Source of the DNA: Craspedostauros australis
Lineage: Eukaryota
DNA length: 30,808 nt
Direction of reading: 5' to 3'
Assembly: GCA_030167865.1 (NCBI GenBank)
Contig: JALAGF010003865.1
Location: 62,001 to 92,808, forward strand
Shown: piece by piece, positions 19,160-29,820 of the stretch
Layout of the letters: each line of letters begins with the position of its first letter
Numbering within the stretch: the stretch's first letter is position 1
Notes under the pieces: generated by a model
Database searches by the model: none
The model's input: only the letters and a program-made list of their open reading frames with translations
What the model was told of the DNA's origin: nothing
Position numbers and translations under genes: made by a program

Positions 19160-21567
19160 TGGCCATAGGTACTTACGCAACGCGCATCAGAATGGCAGTT
19201 GCGAAGCTTGTCAAGCAATTCATCTTTCGCAATGCGCGCGCCCATGGAAAATGCAGGCTTGGCTTTCCAATTCGGGCGAAATGGCCCGTTCGTGCTCTTT
19301 GGCTCTATTGCATTGCTCTTGATCCGTGGAGCTCACATGAATGGCAACCAATCGATGCTCTTCTCCCAAAACTCTCCACCAGAGCTTCGACGCGTGCTGT
19401 TGAATGATTCTATCCAGCTCCTTCGGAGGCTCCGCTTCTCCGCGTCTTGAAGCTATCCGTTTCATCTGGATCGCCACCGTTTTGCATACTGCGCGCATGT
19501 TGAATTTTCTCATTGTGCACAAGCATGTACCCCCCGGAGGAATGAAGGAAGCGGCTCATTGCGTAGCATCCTCGATGTTCTCTCAGCACGATCTTGGCCG
19601 CCTTTCATCGCATCTCTTTGTCATCGATTGGGGTCGGTTGGTGATTCCGCCGTAACTCTTCCTTTGTAAAGTCATGCGATGCGATGCGGACCATAAGAAG
19701 CAGTGATGCTGCCGCCTGCTCCAATATATATGGATTCGTGCATGTCTGCTGCTCTACGTATGTTTCCTGTTGGGCGTCGCATCGCCGCCGATTCTGTTCG
19801 AGAGAGAGAGAGATGTTGCGGCACGATGGCGGATCGTCGCGGAGAGCAGAGGTTCGGCGTGGCGCGTTGGATCTGTTCTTGTTCGCGCAGTTCTCATTTT
19901 TACGCTCACCATTGCGCCGGATGACGTCACGACGGAGTCGCTGAGAGCGAAGAACCCATCACTGGGGTGGTCACCAGCGTTCTTTGGCCTGGTGGGACAT
20001 GCGATCAACGGCATCGGCATCGCCGTTGGTGCGATGGCTTTGACATCGCCGTTTTGTTGCTGTTGCCTGTGCTCGTGATGGCGGCGGCGACCATCGAGAG
20101 CATCGCTGAAGCACGTTCCTTGCCACGTTGTTGTTGTTGTTGCTCCTATTGCACGGGCATGGAAATGGTAGAGAATGATGGTCATACGCGCCTTTTGATT
20201 GTGCTGGCATCCATGCTGACGGGAGCGAACTGGCAAGTTGCATACATGCAGCCGTCGCTTTGACGAATGATGGGGGCGGAGTGGCTGCCATCGCTGTTTG
20301 TTGCGCTCTTGACACTCGGCGAGGTTGCCGGAAGCCCTTCGCTTCGATCGCCATCGTGCGATTGATCGAGCGTGGCTTTCTGTATCTCCACTTGCTGGGA
20401 TTGCGCATCAATTATCAACCACATGTGCGAGTACACTTGATGGATCACATGGCATGATCGCATGCGCAGATGTGGATGCTGCACAAACCATCTTGGGTTC
20501 ATTCACGATCAAGAGTGGCTGCATCATCGATGTGCGAGCAAGTGGACATGTCAACATGTCATGCAATTCGATGTCATTGCCGCCTTCATGATGGAAGGAT
20601 GCAGAAGGAGTGTGACACCAACGCGTTTCTGTTGGACCTTGACATGAAGCCAAGCAGAAAGCGTGAACGAATCTGTTTGAATGAAGCTTTGTCACATTCG
20701 TATTCGTCGGAGTGTATCGATGTATTATCTGTATGAACGTATGTACCCGTGCTCGTAGTGCAGTTGCCTGTCACTCTCGATTGCACACCATCTCTCACGC
20801 GGCCCTTTTGTGCCGTGGGTGGCAGGTGATGGTCTCTGCATACAGGGTCGAAGTGTGTGAGGGAGGGCGAGACCCGATGTGTGAGTGTCCAATGGACTGT
20901 TGTTGCGCGTGTGTGAGTGTGGTTGTGTGAGTACAAAGATACCTTGTTCCTGGCGATACAGCGCGGTTATGTCACGTTCCCCGACTACTCAAGAATGCGC
21001 TGAAAGGCTTGGGAATGATCCCGAACATCATATGTAGAGCCGGGAAGTTAAATGGCGATGTCGCATGCGACAGGTCGTCAACAGCCTTTGAAGCGCGGTG
21101 CGTGTTCAACTGAGCCTTCGCTGTTATTCTCACGAAACAAATGACCGCTTTTGTGTCGTGTCTTGTGTCGTGGCCGAATGATGGCAAGCTGCGCCTTGAA
21201 AATCTGTTTTGTCGCCGAAAGATACACAGAGACCCGAACGAGAACTGGATGTCCGAACGATGCCCAAAACAACTCACATGTGTGCCGAACAACGCACAAA
21301 CGGAGGAAGAAAAACCATCACTCCTCGCCGAGAAATACGATCTGGTCTGAGGCGAAACCACCAAAACAATCGCGGCGACGGCCACAGCCGCAACCAACGA
21401 GAATTGTGAAATCGCCTGCGATCAAGGACATCCCACCATCCTCCCATCTCCATAAAACCGGATCAGCACCCAATCAAGCCCGAGCTCGAAGCACCGCCAG
21501 ACAAGCAACATCAAACCAACAAATCACCAAGTCAAACGCAATACCGCTCCAACTCCCACTGATCACC

Positions 21568-23308
21568 ATGATGTCCTCACGCGCTGCAATGCTCCGCCGC
21601 ACCGTCTCAACAATGACCAGGCGCTCGACCGCAGTGACTTCTGGATTTTCGCAGAAGCCGCTGTCGGCATCATCCTCGTTGATGTCCTCCGCCAGGTCCT
21701 CCCTGTCGACCATGCCGGCGGTGGCCACCCTCGCATCCAAGGCCACCGCCACTGCCGATGACAGCAACAATATGTGGTACGCAGCCGTCGCAGCCACAGC
21801 CGCCGCAGCCACAGCTGGCATGGCAAGCCTCAGCAATGACGACAAAGCCGAATGCTGCGGAATCGTCGGCGTCGTCGGCACTTCGCATCACTCCGACGCC
21901 CGCGACTTCCTCCTCGATGGACTGACCATCCTCAAGAACCGCGGCTACGACTCCGCCGGAATCGCCACCATCTCCAACGATGGCGAGGAGATGGCCCTGG
22001 CCAAGTTCGCCTCCATGGGCGACAACGCCGACAGCATCGACCTCGTCCGCAACAAGGCCCAGCCTCTCGGCCACACCCTGGGAATCGCCCACACGCGCTG
22101 GGCCACCCACGGAGGAAAGACCGACGAGAACGCCCACCCGCACACCGATTCCTCCGGAAAGATCGCCCTCGTCCACAACGGAACCATCAACAACGCCAAC
22201 GAACTGCGCCGCGTCCTGCAGGCCGAGGGCCACAAATTCGACGGCCAGACCGACACGGAGGTCATCGCCAAGCTCGTCGGCAAGTACTACGCCGAGGGCA
22301 TGGAGCTCAAGGACGCCACCGAGAAGGCTCTCGACATTTGCGACGGAACCTGGGGACTGGGAATCATCTGCAAGGACAAGCCGGATGAGCTCGTGGTCGC
22401 CTGCAACGGCTCTCCTCTCGTCATCGGAATCGGGGATGATCGCACCTTCATCGCTTCCGAAACATCGGCCTTCAACCGATTCACCAAGAACTTCATCTCC
22501 ATGAAGGACGGCGAGATCGGTGTCCTCCACGCCGACGGCCGCACCTTGGACCTCAGCCGCAAGCAGCAGGCGCCCGATCAGCAGGTCGAGCTGTCGCCGG
22601 CCCCATACCCGCACTGGACCCTCAAGGAGATGGTCGAGCAGCCAGAGGCCATCGCGCGTGCCTTGGGATTCGGTGGACGCCTCTCCTACGACCGCGTCTT
22701 GCTGGGAGGTCTGGACCACCAGCAGGCCGCCCTCTCCGAGATCAAGCACATGACCCTCAGCGCGTGCGGAACTTCCCTCAACGCCGCCCGCTACGGAGAG
22801 CGCCTCATGAAGCATCTGGGATCCTTCGACAGCGTCTCATCCATTGACGCCGCCGAGACGGAGACCAAGGATTTCCCATGCATGGACAACATCAACTCCA
22901 CCGGCTGCATCGTCGTCAGCCAGTCGGGAGAGACCAAGGATGTGCACCGAGTCGTCGTCGGTGCCATGGACAAGGGAGTCACCGTCATGAGCGTCGTCAA
23001 CGCCGTCGGAAGTCTCATCGCCCGCACCACCAAGCTCGGCGTCTACTGCAACGCTGGTCGCGAAAATGCCGTCGCCAGCACCAAGGCATTCACCACGCAG
23101 GTCACCGTCCTCGCCCTCATCGCTCTTTGGTTCCGTGAGCTCAAGGAAAGAGTCCAGGGCAAGGCTCCATCCGTCGAGACCACCCGTCTCAAGGAGGCTC
23201 TCATGAGACTGCCAATCACCGTCGGCATGGCACTCAAGACCAGAGCGCAATGCAAACGAGTTGCTGATAAGCTGATGGACAAGGAGCATCTCTTCGTTCT
23301 CGGAAAAG
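21568..23308 (+). CDS. GFAT: Glutamine:fructose-6-phosphate amidotransferase (GFAT/GlmS), exon 1, including a 96-aa N-terminal presequence
   Basis: CGIVG (catalytic Cys codon at 21856), [65 protein letters not shown]. Strong C-ending codon bias. Start placed at the ATG of MMSSRAAM. The exon ends ...LGK-G at a GTGTGT donor. Confidence 0.93.
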
Positions 23309-23524
23309 GTGTGTCAATTTGAAATTGGAATTGGCTGAAGCATGTCTGTTGCTGTTGCTGCTGCCGTCGTTGCGTCTTGCGCCCGGATGGTTGTGAACAC
23401 CATGATTGCGCAAGAACCAATTCAATGCTCTGCTGCACTTCTGCCCATTCCTCACTCATTCAGTCACTCAATCACATGCATCCAAACGTTCATTCCACTT
23501 GCGTCATCACGATCGTCACTACAG
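23309..23524 (+). other. GFAT intron (216 nt, phase 1)
   Basis: GT...ctacAG. Splicing gives [21 protein letters not shown], matching the conserved LGRG....A.EGALKLKE of SIS domain 2. Confidence 0.88.
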
Positions 23525-23946
23525 GCTACGCCGAGCCAGTCGCGCACGAAGGTGCGTTGAAGATCAAGGAGACATGCTACCTGCACGCTGAGGGATATTC
23601 TGGCGGTGCCCTCAAGCACGGTCCATTCGCCCTCATCGAAGACAAGGACGGAAAGTTCGGCGCCACACCAATCATCATGTTCATTCTGGATGACCAGCAC
23701 GCTCACCACATGCGCACTGCCGCCGAGGAGGTCAAGGCACGCGGTGCCCAGCTCATCATCATCACCGACAAGAGATCGCTCGCCAGAGATCTCGACGAGG
23801 ATCCAATCGTCATCCCGCCAAACGGACCAATGACAGCGTTGGGAGGTGTCATCCCTCTGCAGCTCATCGCATACGAACTGGCCACGATGCGCGGAATCAA
23901 CCCAGACACACCGCGCAACCTCGCCAAGGCTGTCACCGTCGACTAA
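23525..23946 (+). CDS. GFAT: GFAT/GlmS exon 2 (second SIS domain and C-tail)
   Basis: [42 protein letters not shown]. Spliced protein 720 aa. Confidence 0.93.
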
Positions 23947-24208
23947 ACATTCGAGGGGGGACGGACATCAAATCGAATCAACTCAAATCGAGTCAAATCA
24001 CATGGACGGCACCAAGAGGCAACAGAGTACGGCATGTGGATGTGTTATACTAATACTCGTGCTTTACTTCGCCATGGCTTGCATGCGGGCACTATTCGGG
24101 AGTGCCATCCTTGCAGACGCTTTGGGTTTTAACCGTGATGAAACAACGAACACTGCAGTAACAATCAAATGGAATACAACACCATGCCGCAAAACAATAC
24201 ATACAGAA

Positions 24209-24230
24209 ATGGATGGATGGATGGATGGAT
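24209..24230. repeat. (GATG)n microsatellite between the convergent GFAT and channel genes
   Basis: atggatggatggatggatggat read directly. Confidence 0.85.
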
Positions 24231-24432
24231 TGGTGGATCTTGTCGAACAACGACAGGACAGCGAACGTCATCATAATCGTGAACTCTATAGAAAATACCA
24301 GTCATACAGAATCTGCCCAGGGGTCAAGACTATTCTGCTCGCTTATGAGCTTCACCCACCCACCTGGCCAGCCAAGTCAAGTCAAGTCAGTGCCTATGAG
24401 CGTCTTCTTATCCTTACATACTCGCATGTGCT

Positions 24433-26001
24433 CTACTTGTTTTTCTTCTGCCTGCTTCGCAGCGTCTCGTTCCGGCTCCTCTTCGATGACTTGCCTTTTA
24501 ACTTGCCACCGCCACGGGTGTTGTCATCGTTTCTGCCGATCTGAAATCGAATCTGCTTCACTGCCTTCACGGCGCCGGCGACGCGACGTCCACTCACAAC
24601 CAACGCATCCACACGTTGGTTCTTCTGGATCTTCTTCACGTCAGCGGAGATATCACGCAGCATTGAATACACCTCCTTTTGGAAGCTCCGGAGTTCGGCA
24701 TCGATCTCTGCCCTCATCTCTTCCAACGCCTGCTTGGTCACGTCCGCGTTCGATTCGTTCATCTCCTCAATGTCATCCCGCAGCGCATTCAATCCGCCAC
24801 GCCAATCATCGGTCTCGATCACCAGATCACCATCCGCATCGGCTTCGAGCAGTGCGTGGAAGTATCTCGTCTCCTGCTCGATCTGTCGGATCTTCCACCG
24901 CGGCAGCAGGGTCATGTACTCCACGATAAGTTCAGCGCGTTCCTTGCGTCGGTTGGCCGTCGCATGTTCCTGCACCCGTGCGTAGCTATCAGCGAGCACG
25001 GAGATCAAGGCGTTCAAAGCGACCACCAATACGCAAGTGACGGCCAGCACGAAGATGAGCGCCGCAAGGAAACTGTTGCTGCCACCGTTCAAGAGATCCG
25101 GATCGTACGATCCAAGGATGGTCAATTCGAACGTCGAGAGGAACGACCGGCGCAAGGAGCCGAACGGATTCGCGTCGCAATCCGTCACCAGGCCATCGGC
25201 TTGCGCTCCTGACGATGCCATAGCTGCTGTTGACGATGATTTGTCGATCTGGAGGTCGCACTTTGGTTCGTACTCGCCGAACACCAGTCGAAAGGCCGTG
25301 GAGAAGCCGATGATGATGGCCAACAGCACCACCAAAAATCCACGGACATCACGGAAGTTCTGGTTCAGTACCGCCACAAGCCATCCCGTCTCATGGAAGG
25401 CCCGGAGGTATGACAGCAGCTTCATGGTCAGCAGCAAAGTCGTGACGACTGCAACAGGAATAGTCCCATCGTCGAAGTCTGTCTCCGTGACGACCATGAA
25501 GGTGTAGCTGTAGACCAGGATGCAGGAAAGGATGTCCACGATGTTCCAAAGAGATGAAAAATACCCAGGCCGTCGACCGAAGTTCGATTGCAAACATTCC
25601 TTGACGACAAATATGCTGTTGACTACGATGAGGAAGGAAGCAACGGCCTGCTGGTCTCTTGATGATGAGAGGTAATTCGTGGAAGAAGTCGTGACATCGA
25701 CCAGGACCATCCACAGGGCATAGTACAGCGTGAAGACCATGGTGTCGACGATAAAGTATCTTCGGATATGGTGTTTCCACAGCACCTTGAGCACCAAACC
25801 CATGGCCTCGTTGTCAAACGCTGTGGCTGGAGCCTTCAACGTGAGGATGGACAAGAAGTCAAAGCTGCCCAGTCCGGGTAGTGGCAACACTGCGGGCGTT
25901 CTGATTAGCTTGTTGTAATCTGACTCGGAGTCTTCATCTTTCACATCTTCGAACAGGTTATTCGTCATCCAAGGGTCCAGATAAGACTCGCTTCCTCGAA
26001 T
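24433..26001 (-). CDS. WD40-TRP-like cation channel, exon 4 (6-TM ion-transport domain, TRP-like helix, C-terminal coiled coil)
   Basis: VLKVLWKHHIRRYF pre-S1; SLWNIVDILS (S3); LLLTMKLLSYLRAFHETGWLV (S4 and linker); RDVRGFLVVLLAIIIGFSTAFRLVF (S5); STFELTILGSYD (pore); VVALNALISVLADSYARVQE (S6); RRKERAELIVEY (TRP-like helix). Acceptor ccatacAG at 26002-26003; TAG at 24433-24435. Confidence 0.88.
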   Translation of the reverse strand: MRGSESYLDPWMTNNLFEDVKDEDSESDYNKLIRTPAVLPLPGLGSFDFLSILTLKAPATAFDNEAMGLVLKVLWKHHIRRYFIVDTMVFTLYYALWMVLVDVTTSSTNYLSSSRDQQAVASFLIVVNSIFVVKECLQSNFGRRPGYFSSLWNIVDILSCILVYSYTFMVVTETDFDDGTIPVAVVTTLLLTMKLLSYLRAFHETGWLVAVLNQNFRDVRGFLVVLLAIIIGFSTAFRLVFGEYEPKCDLQIDKSSSTAAMASSGAQADGLVTDCDANPFGSLRRSFLSTFELTILGSYDPDLLNGGSNSFLAALIFVLAVTCVLVVALNALISVLADSYARVQEHATANRRKERAELIVEYMTLLPRWKIRQIEQETRYFHALLEADADGDLVIETDDWRGGLNALRDDIEEMNESNADVTKQALEEMRAEIDAELRSFQKEVYSMLRDISADVKKIQKNQRVDALVVSGRRVAGAVKAVKQIRFQIGRNDDNTRGGGKLKGKSSKRSRNETLRSRQKKNK

Positions 26002-26075
26002 CTGTATGGAAGATAAAGAATGACGTAACAGATGCATTCACAGCATTGTGAGGGTACGTGCAATTCAAAGAAAGT

Positions 26076-26110
26076 TCAGCATTCAGCATTCAGCATTCGA
26101 CATTCGACAT
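26076..26110. repeat. 7-bp tandem repeat (CATTCAG/CATTCGA) within channel intron 3
   Basis: ttcagcattcagcattcagcattcgacattcgacat read directly. Confidence 0.75.
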
Positions 26111-26204
26111 GCAACAATCAACATGTGGCGCCCAACGCGCAGATCAAATGGGCAGTAGCTCTTGCGGAACGCACGCACTCTCCTTCATCGAGGCACTGAC
26201 TTAC

Positions 26205-26813
26205 TATTCGCTTGGCTTCCTTTGAGATCATGCGAGGCTTTGCGAAAGGGACTTTCACGAATGTCATTTCACGCAGGACACTAACAGCCAAGTCAGATGG
26301 ATGGTTGATCAGCATGTTCTTCAGCGCAGCCATTCCAATTTCCGGAATCTCAGACGTTAAAATGCTTCTGCGGCCATCCATGTTGAGTTCCATGCTGCCA
26401 TCGACCATGGTCGTCAATGCGAGCTTCAGCAGCTTGATCTTTCTCAACCGTATGGCCGTGTCGAAGCAACCCTCTTCCTGCATTCGGTCGAACGTGTAGA
26501 TCGCATCCGGATGGTCCTTCAAGGTGCGCGCCACCCACTGCAAGCTCTCATGACTCCCGATCATCATCTGCCGCTGAATCAACGAGGGTCCGTATCCGCT
26601 TCTATGGATCGTTTCCTTCAGCGCCCATGGTGGGAGCTGCGAGAGGACGTCTTTGTCAGACAAAGGGACGTGGTCAATCCCAAGAAATGGTCCCAGCCGA
26701 ATGATGGAGTAGTAGTCGTTGCTGGTTCCGAGCGCGATGTACTTGCCATTCGAAGAGAAGCGCCCCACCACAGCAAATCCATCTCTTTCAAACTTCTGAA
26801 CCGGGTTGTACAT
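26205..26813 (-). CDS. WD40-TRP-like channel, exon 3 (last WD blade and helical linker)
   Basis: MYNPVQKFERDGFAVVGRFSSNGKYIALG...EAKRI followed by a GTAAGT donor at 26204. The ctgaAG acceptor is less canonical and could lie 18 nt downstream. Confidence 0.78.
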
Positions 26814-27012
26814 CTTCAGGGACGAACGAGCGAAGAAAATAGCAGAACACATGAGGCAGAGTGCATAGGTAACATGGGGTAGCGCAATGCCACAAAATCG
26901 GGGTAATTGTCGGGAGAAGGGATGAATTGTCAAGGAAGATAGCAGAGAGTGTGAGATGTTGCATCTCCGTTCCACTTCTTACAGTCATGGCGTTCCGCAG
27001 CACTGCACTCAC

Positions 27013-28119
27013 CTTGGTCTCGTAGAGGATGAATGCACATCCGTCGGTTCCAACCAGCAGATAGTCACCGACGGGGCTGAAATCGAGCGAATTCACGCGA
27101 TCAGCGACTTCGAACTCAAGCACCGTCTCCTCCATCTGGTAATCGACAATTGCTACCATCCCGGCACCATCTCCGACAGCCAACAGCGGTTGGGTTGGAT
27201 GAGAAGCCAGGCACCGTACAGCACGGGGCCTCATGACTTGCAGAACGGGCTGGAGGGAGCCCCCATCGAACAGGATCGCCTTGTAGTCGCCACTCGCAAC
27301 GGCAAGCATTGGCGCTGTACTCGTGGTGTTGCTGGCATTCTGCGGCGATGATCGAACTGACGAATCTCTTGCTGCATCGCCATCCACGGGTGGCATTTTT
27401 ATGCATTCAACACCCCAGATCCGATCGTTGATCGCGATGGGGTCGCCGTTCCTTTTCAACTTATTCGAGGAGAGGACGTGCAAATTCCCGCCCTTGCCAC
27501 CGACGTAGATCCATTTTCCATCGTTAGACCATCGCACCGTCCACAGATTCGGTTCGATGAAGAGCGCCTGCACGATTTCGAAGCTGACTTTGTTGTGCTC
27601 AGACCTGAGCTCGAGCAGCTGGACGTATCCGTTCAGTCCCACCGCGACCATCATCAATGCATCCTTCTTGTCGTCGTCATCGCTATCCTGGTTGAGTAGC
27701 ACGGGGCTGAATTCGATCTGCTTGATTTCGGAGCTGTCGACCACGCCGCACGATGCAACCGTCACGAACCCGAACCTGGCATCAACGACGGCGATCCTCT
27801 CCCCATCGATCCTTGCCAAGTAGTGACCATCTGGGCTCCAGGTGACGTCGCAGCCATCGGAACCTTCTTCATGACTCAGTCGTACGTCTGGTGCGTGGAT
27901 CGGAGTCAGGTCAATCAACGAAAGACCTTTGTTTTCTGATCTAACAGCCATCAGATCAGAAAAGATTCCCGGATTCGCCCACGACACGCACGTCACCCAG
28001 CCGCTTGTCTCCCACCGTTTGATGGGGGCGAAGGTGGATGTATCGAATAATGTAATGGACTTGTCACGACAACCAAGCACCATGTATCTCCCGAGCCGAT
28101 CGAACGAGATGTGGTTGAT
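27013..28119 (-). CDS. WD40-TRP-like channel, exon 2 (WD40 repeats)
   Basis: INHISFDRLGRYMVLGCRDKSITLFD, VTCVSW, VTWSPDGHYLA, VRWSNDGKWIYVGG, VRCLASHPTQPLLAVGD, VNSLDFSPVGDYLLVG. Acceptor gagcAG; donor AAG|GTGAGT at 27012. Confidence 0.88.
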
Positions 28120-28254
28120 CTGCTCGTGGCAGTTTCAGCGGATAAAGCAAGAAGAAATGTATGTCATGTGCGTTGAGTCGATGGCGATAGCATAACGCAG
28201 AACTCTGAAATGCCATTGGAACGCACTAACGAGGAGTAACTTTTGTAAACTCAC

Positions 28255-29820
28255 CGTACCCTGCAATGGAATCTCTCGAACGACGGCCCAGAGCTTCATG
28301 TCCACCACAACCAATGTCTTGTCATACCCGCCGAAAATGAGGCGCGAAGCATCTTGAAATACGACGACGGCCCTTGTCGGACCATTGCGCTGCGTCGACC
28401 ACATCTCTTCGCCCATCGCGATGAAGCCGAGAGCATGATTCCGGATGCTCAGACCATCGATCATCACGGACGGAACATGGTTGAAGAGAGCAAAGACCTT
28501 CACGCTCCCATCTCTGCAGGTTACGGCCACGAATTCGTTGTGTTCATCGCTGCCGCCATGGATGGCAAGTCCTAACACCGCATTGTTACGTCCTCTATCT
28601 TCAACGATTTGGTTGACTTCCTGCAGGAAGCCAGTCTCCGAGTCCTTCATCAGTGTTGAGATGGTCACCTTGCCGGTCGTATCCCCGATGGCCAAGACCA
28701 GACAGTTGTACTTGGACACATACTGCATGGCCAGAGAACGGATGGAACCCTTGACATGGAAGGAATGCAGCTGCGTTGCACCTCGCAGCTCCAACAACGG
28801 AATGTACACATGATAGAGCGCGACCTTGCCATCCAAGCCAGCCACCGCTATGAGCTCGCCGTTGTTGATGTCGTACAGGCTGCGTTTGGAATCCTTCCAA
28901 TTGGTGGATGGAACCTCGGGTGAAATCGGCTTGGCACCATCTAACACGCTCGCATCGCACCATTGGATCGCCGACACGGTGCCCGTGAATGGAATGGAAT
29001 GCATACAGGTGTAATTCTTGGTTTCCAAGAAGTCAATCCGATCCTGCAGTCCAACCGCCAGCACAGAAGACGAGCCGTTGTAGGCAATCACCCAGCATTC
29101 GTCGGTTAGACGGATGTTCTTGACCTTGCCGCTCCCGAAATCGCCATTGGTGAAACCCAGCAAGGAAGAATCCTGGTAGACCATGCCTGGCGCGCTGAGT
29201 CGCTCGGATTGCGTCATTGCATGATCGAAGGAGGAGCTCTCTGCCTTGAGCTGGACGATCATCGGTTGCTGCCTCTGGCCTGTCGTGGACCGAACCGAGG
29301 CGTGTTCCGAGTACCGCATGGAACGCACCGACTCGTCGATTGCGGCATCCACTCTGGGATTGATCGAATCCGGTCTCAATCGTTTTCGACCCCCGGGCGG
29401 CGGCGAGGTTGGATTGTCGGCGCCTTTGAAGAACCGTACCGATCTGCGAGTCTCTGCTCGGTTGGATGCGAAGATGAATGCGTCCGGTAGAACCTTTGGC
29501 TTTCCATCAGCGTTCCCATTGCCATCGTTGTTGGCGTCAACGTTGCTGCTGGGATTGATTGCTTGGTGTCTGCCACTGGATCCAGCGGGAGTATCACCAG
29601 GGGAGTAAGTATTTAAATCGACGTCATTCTCATCTAGATCCCGCAGACGATCGTCGCCGACGTTGTTGTGGATGTTGTCGTCAAAACCATCAGGCATCTC
29701 GAAGATCCCATCCGCCGCGGCCTCCTCATTTGTCAGGGAGATATCATCAGCCCTGAGGCAGTCGTGCGCCGTGACGTATCCTGCCGCCGCTGCCGCGAGC
29801 GCCGGGACGTGAAACGGCAT
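28255..29820 (-). CDS. WD40-TRP-like channel, exon 1 (disordered N-terminus plus WD40 repeats); start codon uncertain
   Basis: WD-like blades IAYNGSSSVLAVG, VSAIQW, LIAVAGLDGKVALY, LAIGDTTGKVTI, VAVTCRDGSVKVF, RLIFGGYDKTLVVVD. Donor ACG|GTGAGT at 28254. Start chosen at MPFHVP (29820); the frame is open further upstream and also has downstream ATGs. Confidence 0.8.

Noticed and set aside
19060-20400. Minus-strand ORF fragments with a GTGAGC donor-like site near 19908
   Set aside because: No consistent spliced frame or recognisable domain could be built; at most a decayed gene.
21151-21567. Upstream extension of the GFAT ORF in the track
   Set aside because: Begins at a non-ATG codon and is low-complexity, CA-rich, UTR-like sequence; the first ATG is at 21568.
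21670-22815. 381-aa antisense ORF within GFAT
   Set aside because: Shadow ORF produced by the strong C-ending codon bias of the sense gene.
882-29820. Treating the five genes as one functional cluster (e.g. a STAND + channel defence system)
   Set aside because: Eukaryotic locus with mixed orientations, housekeeping-type neighbours and more than 10 kb between the STAND and channel genes; nothing in the sequence links them. Conserved synteny or co-expression would be needed.
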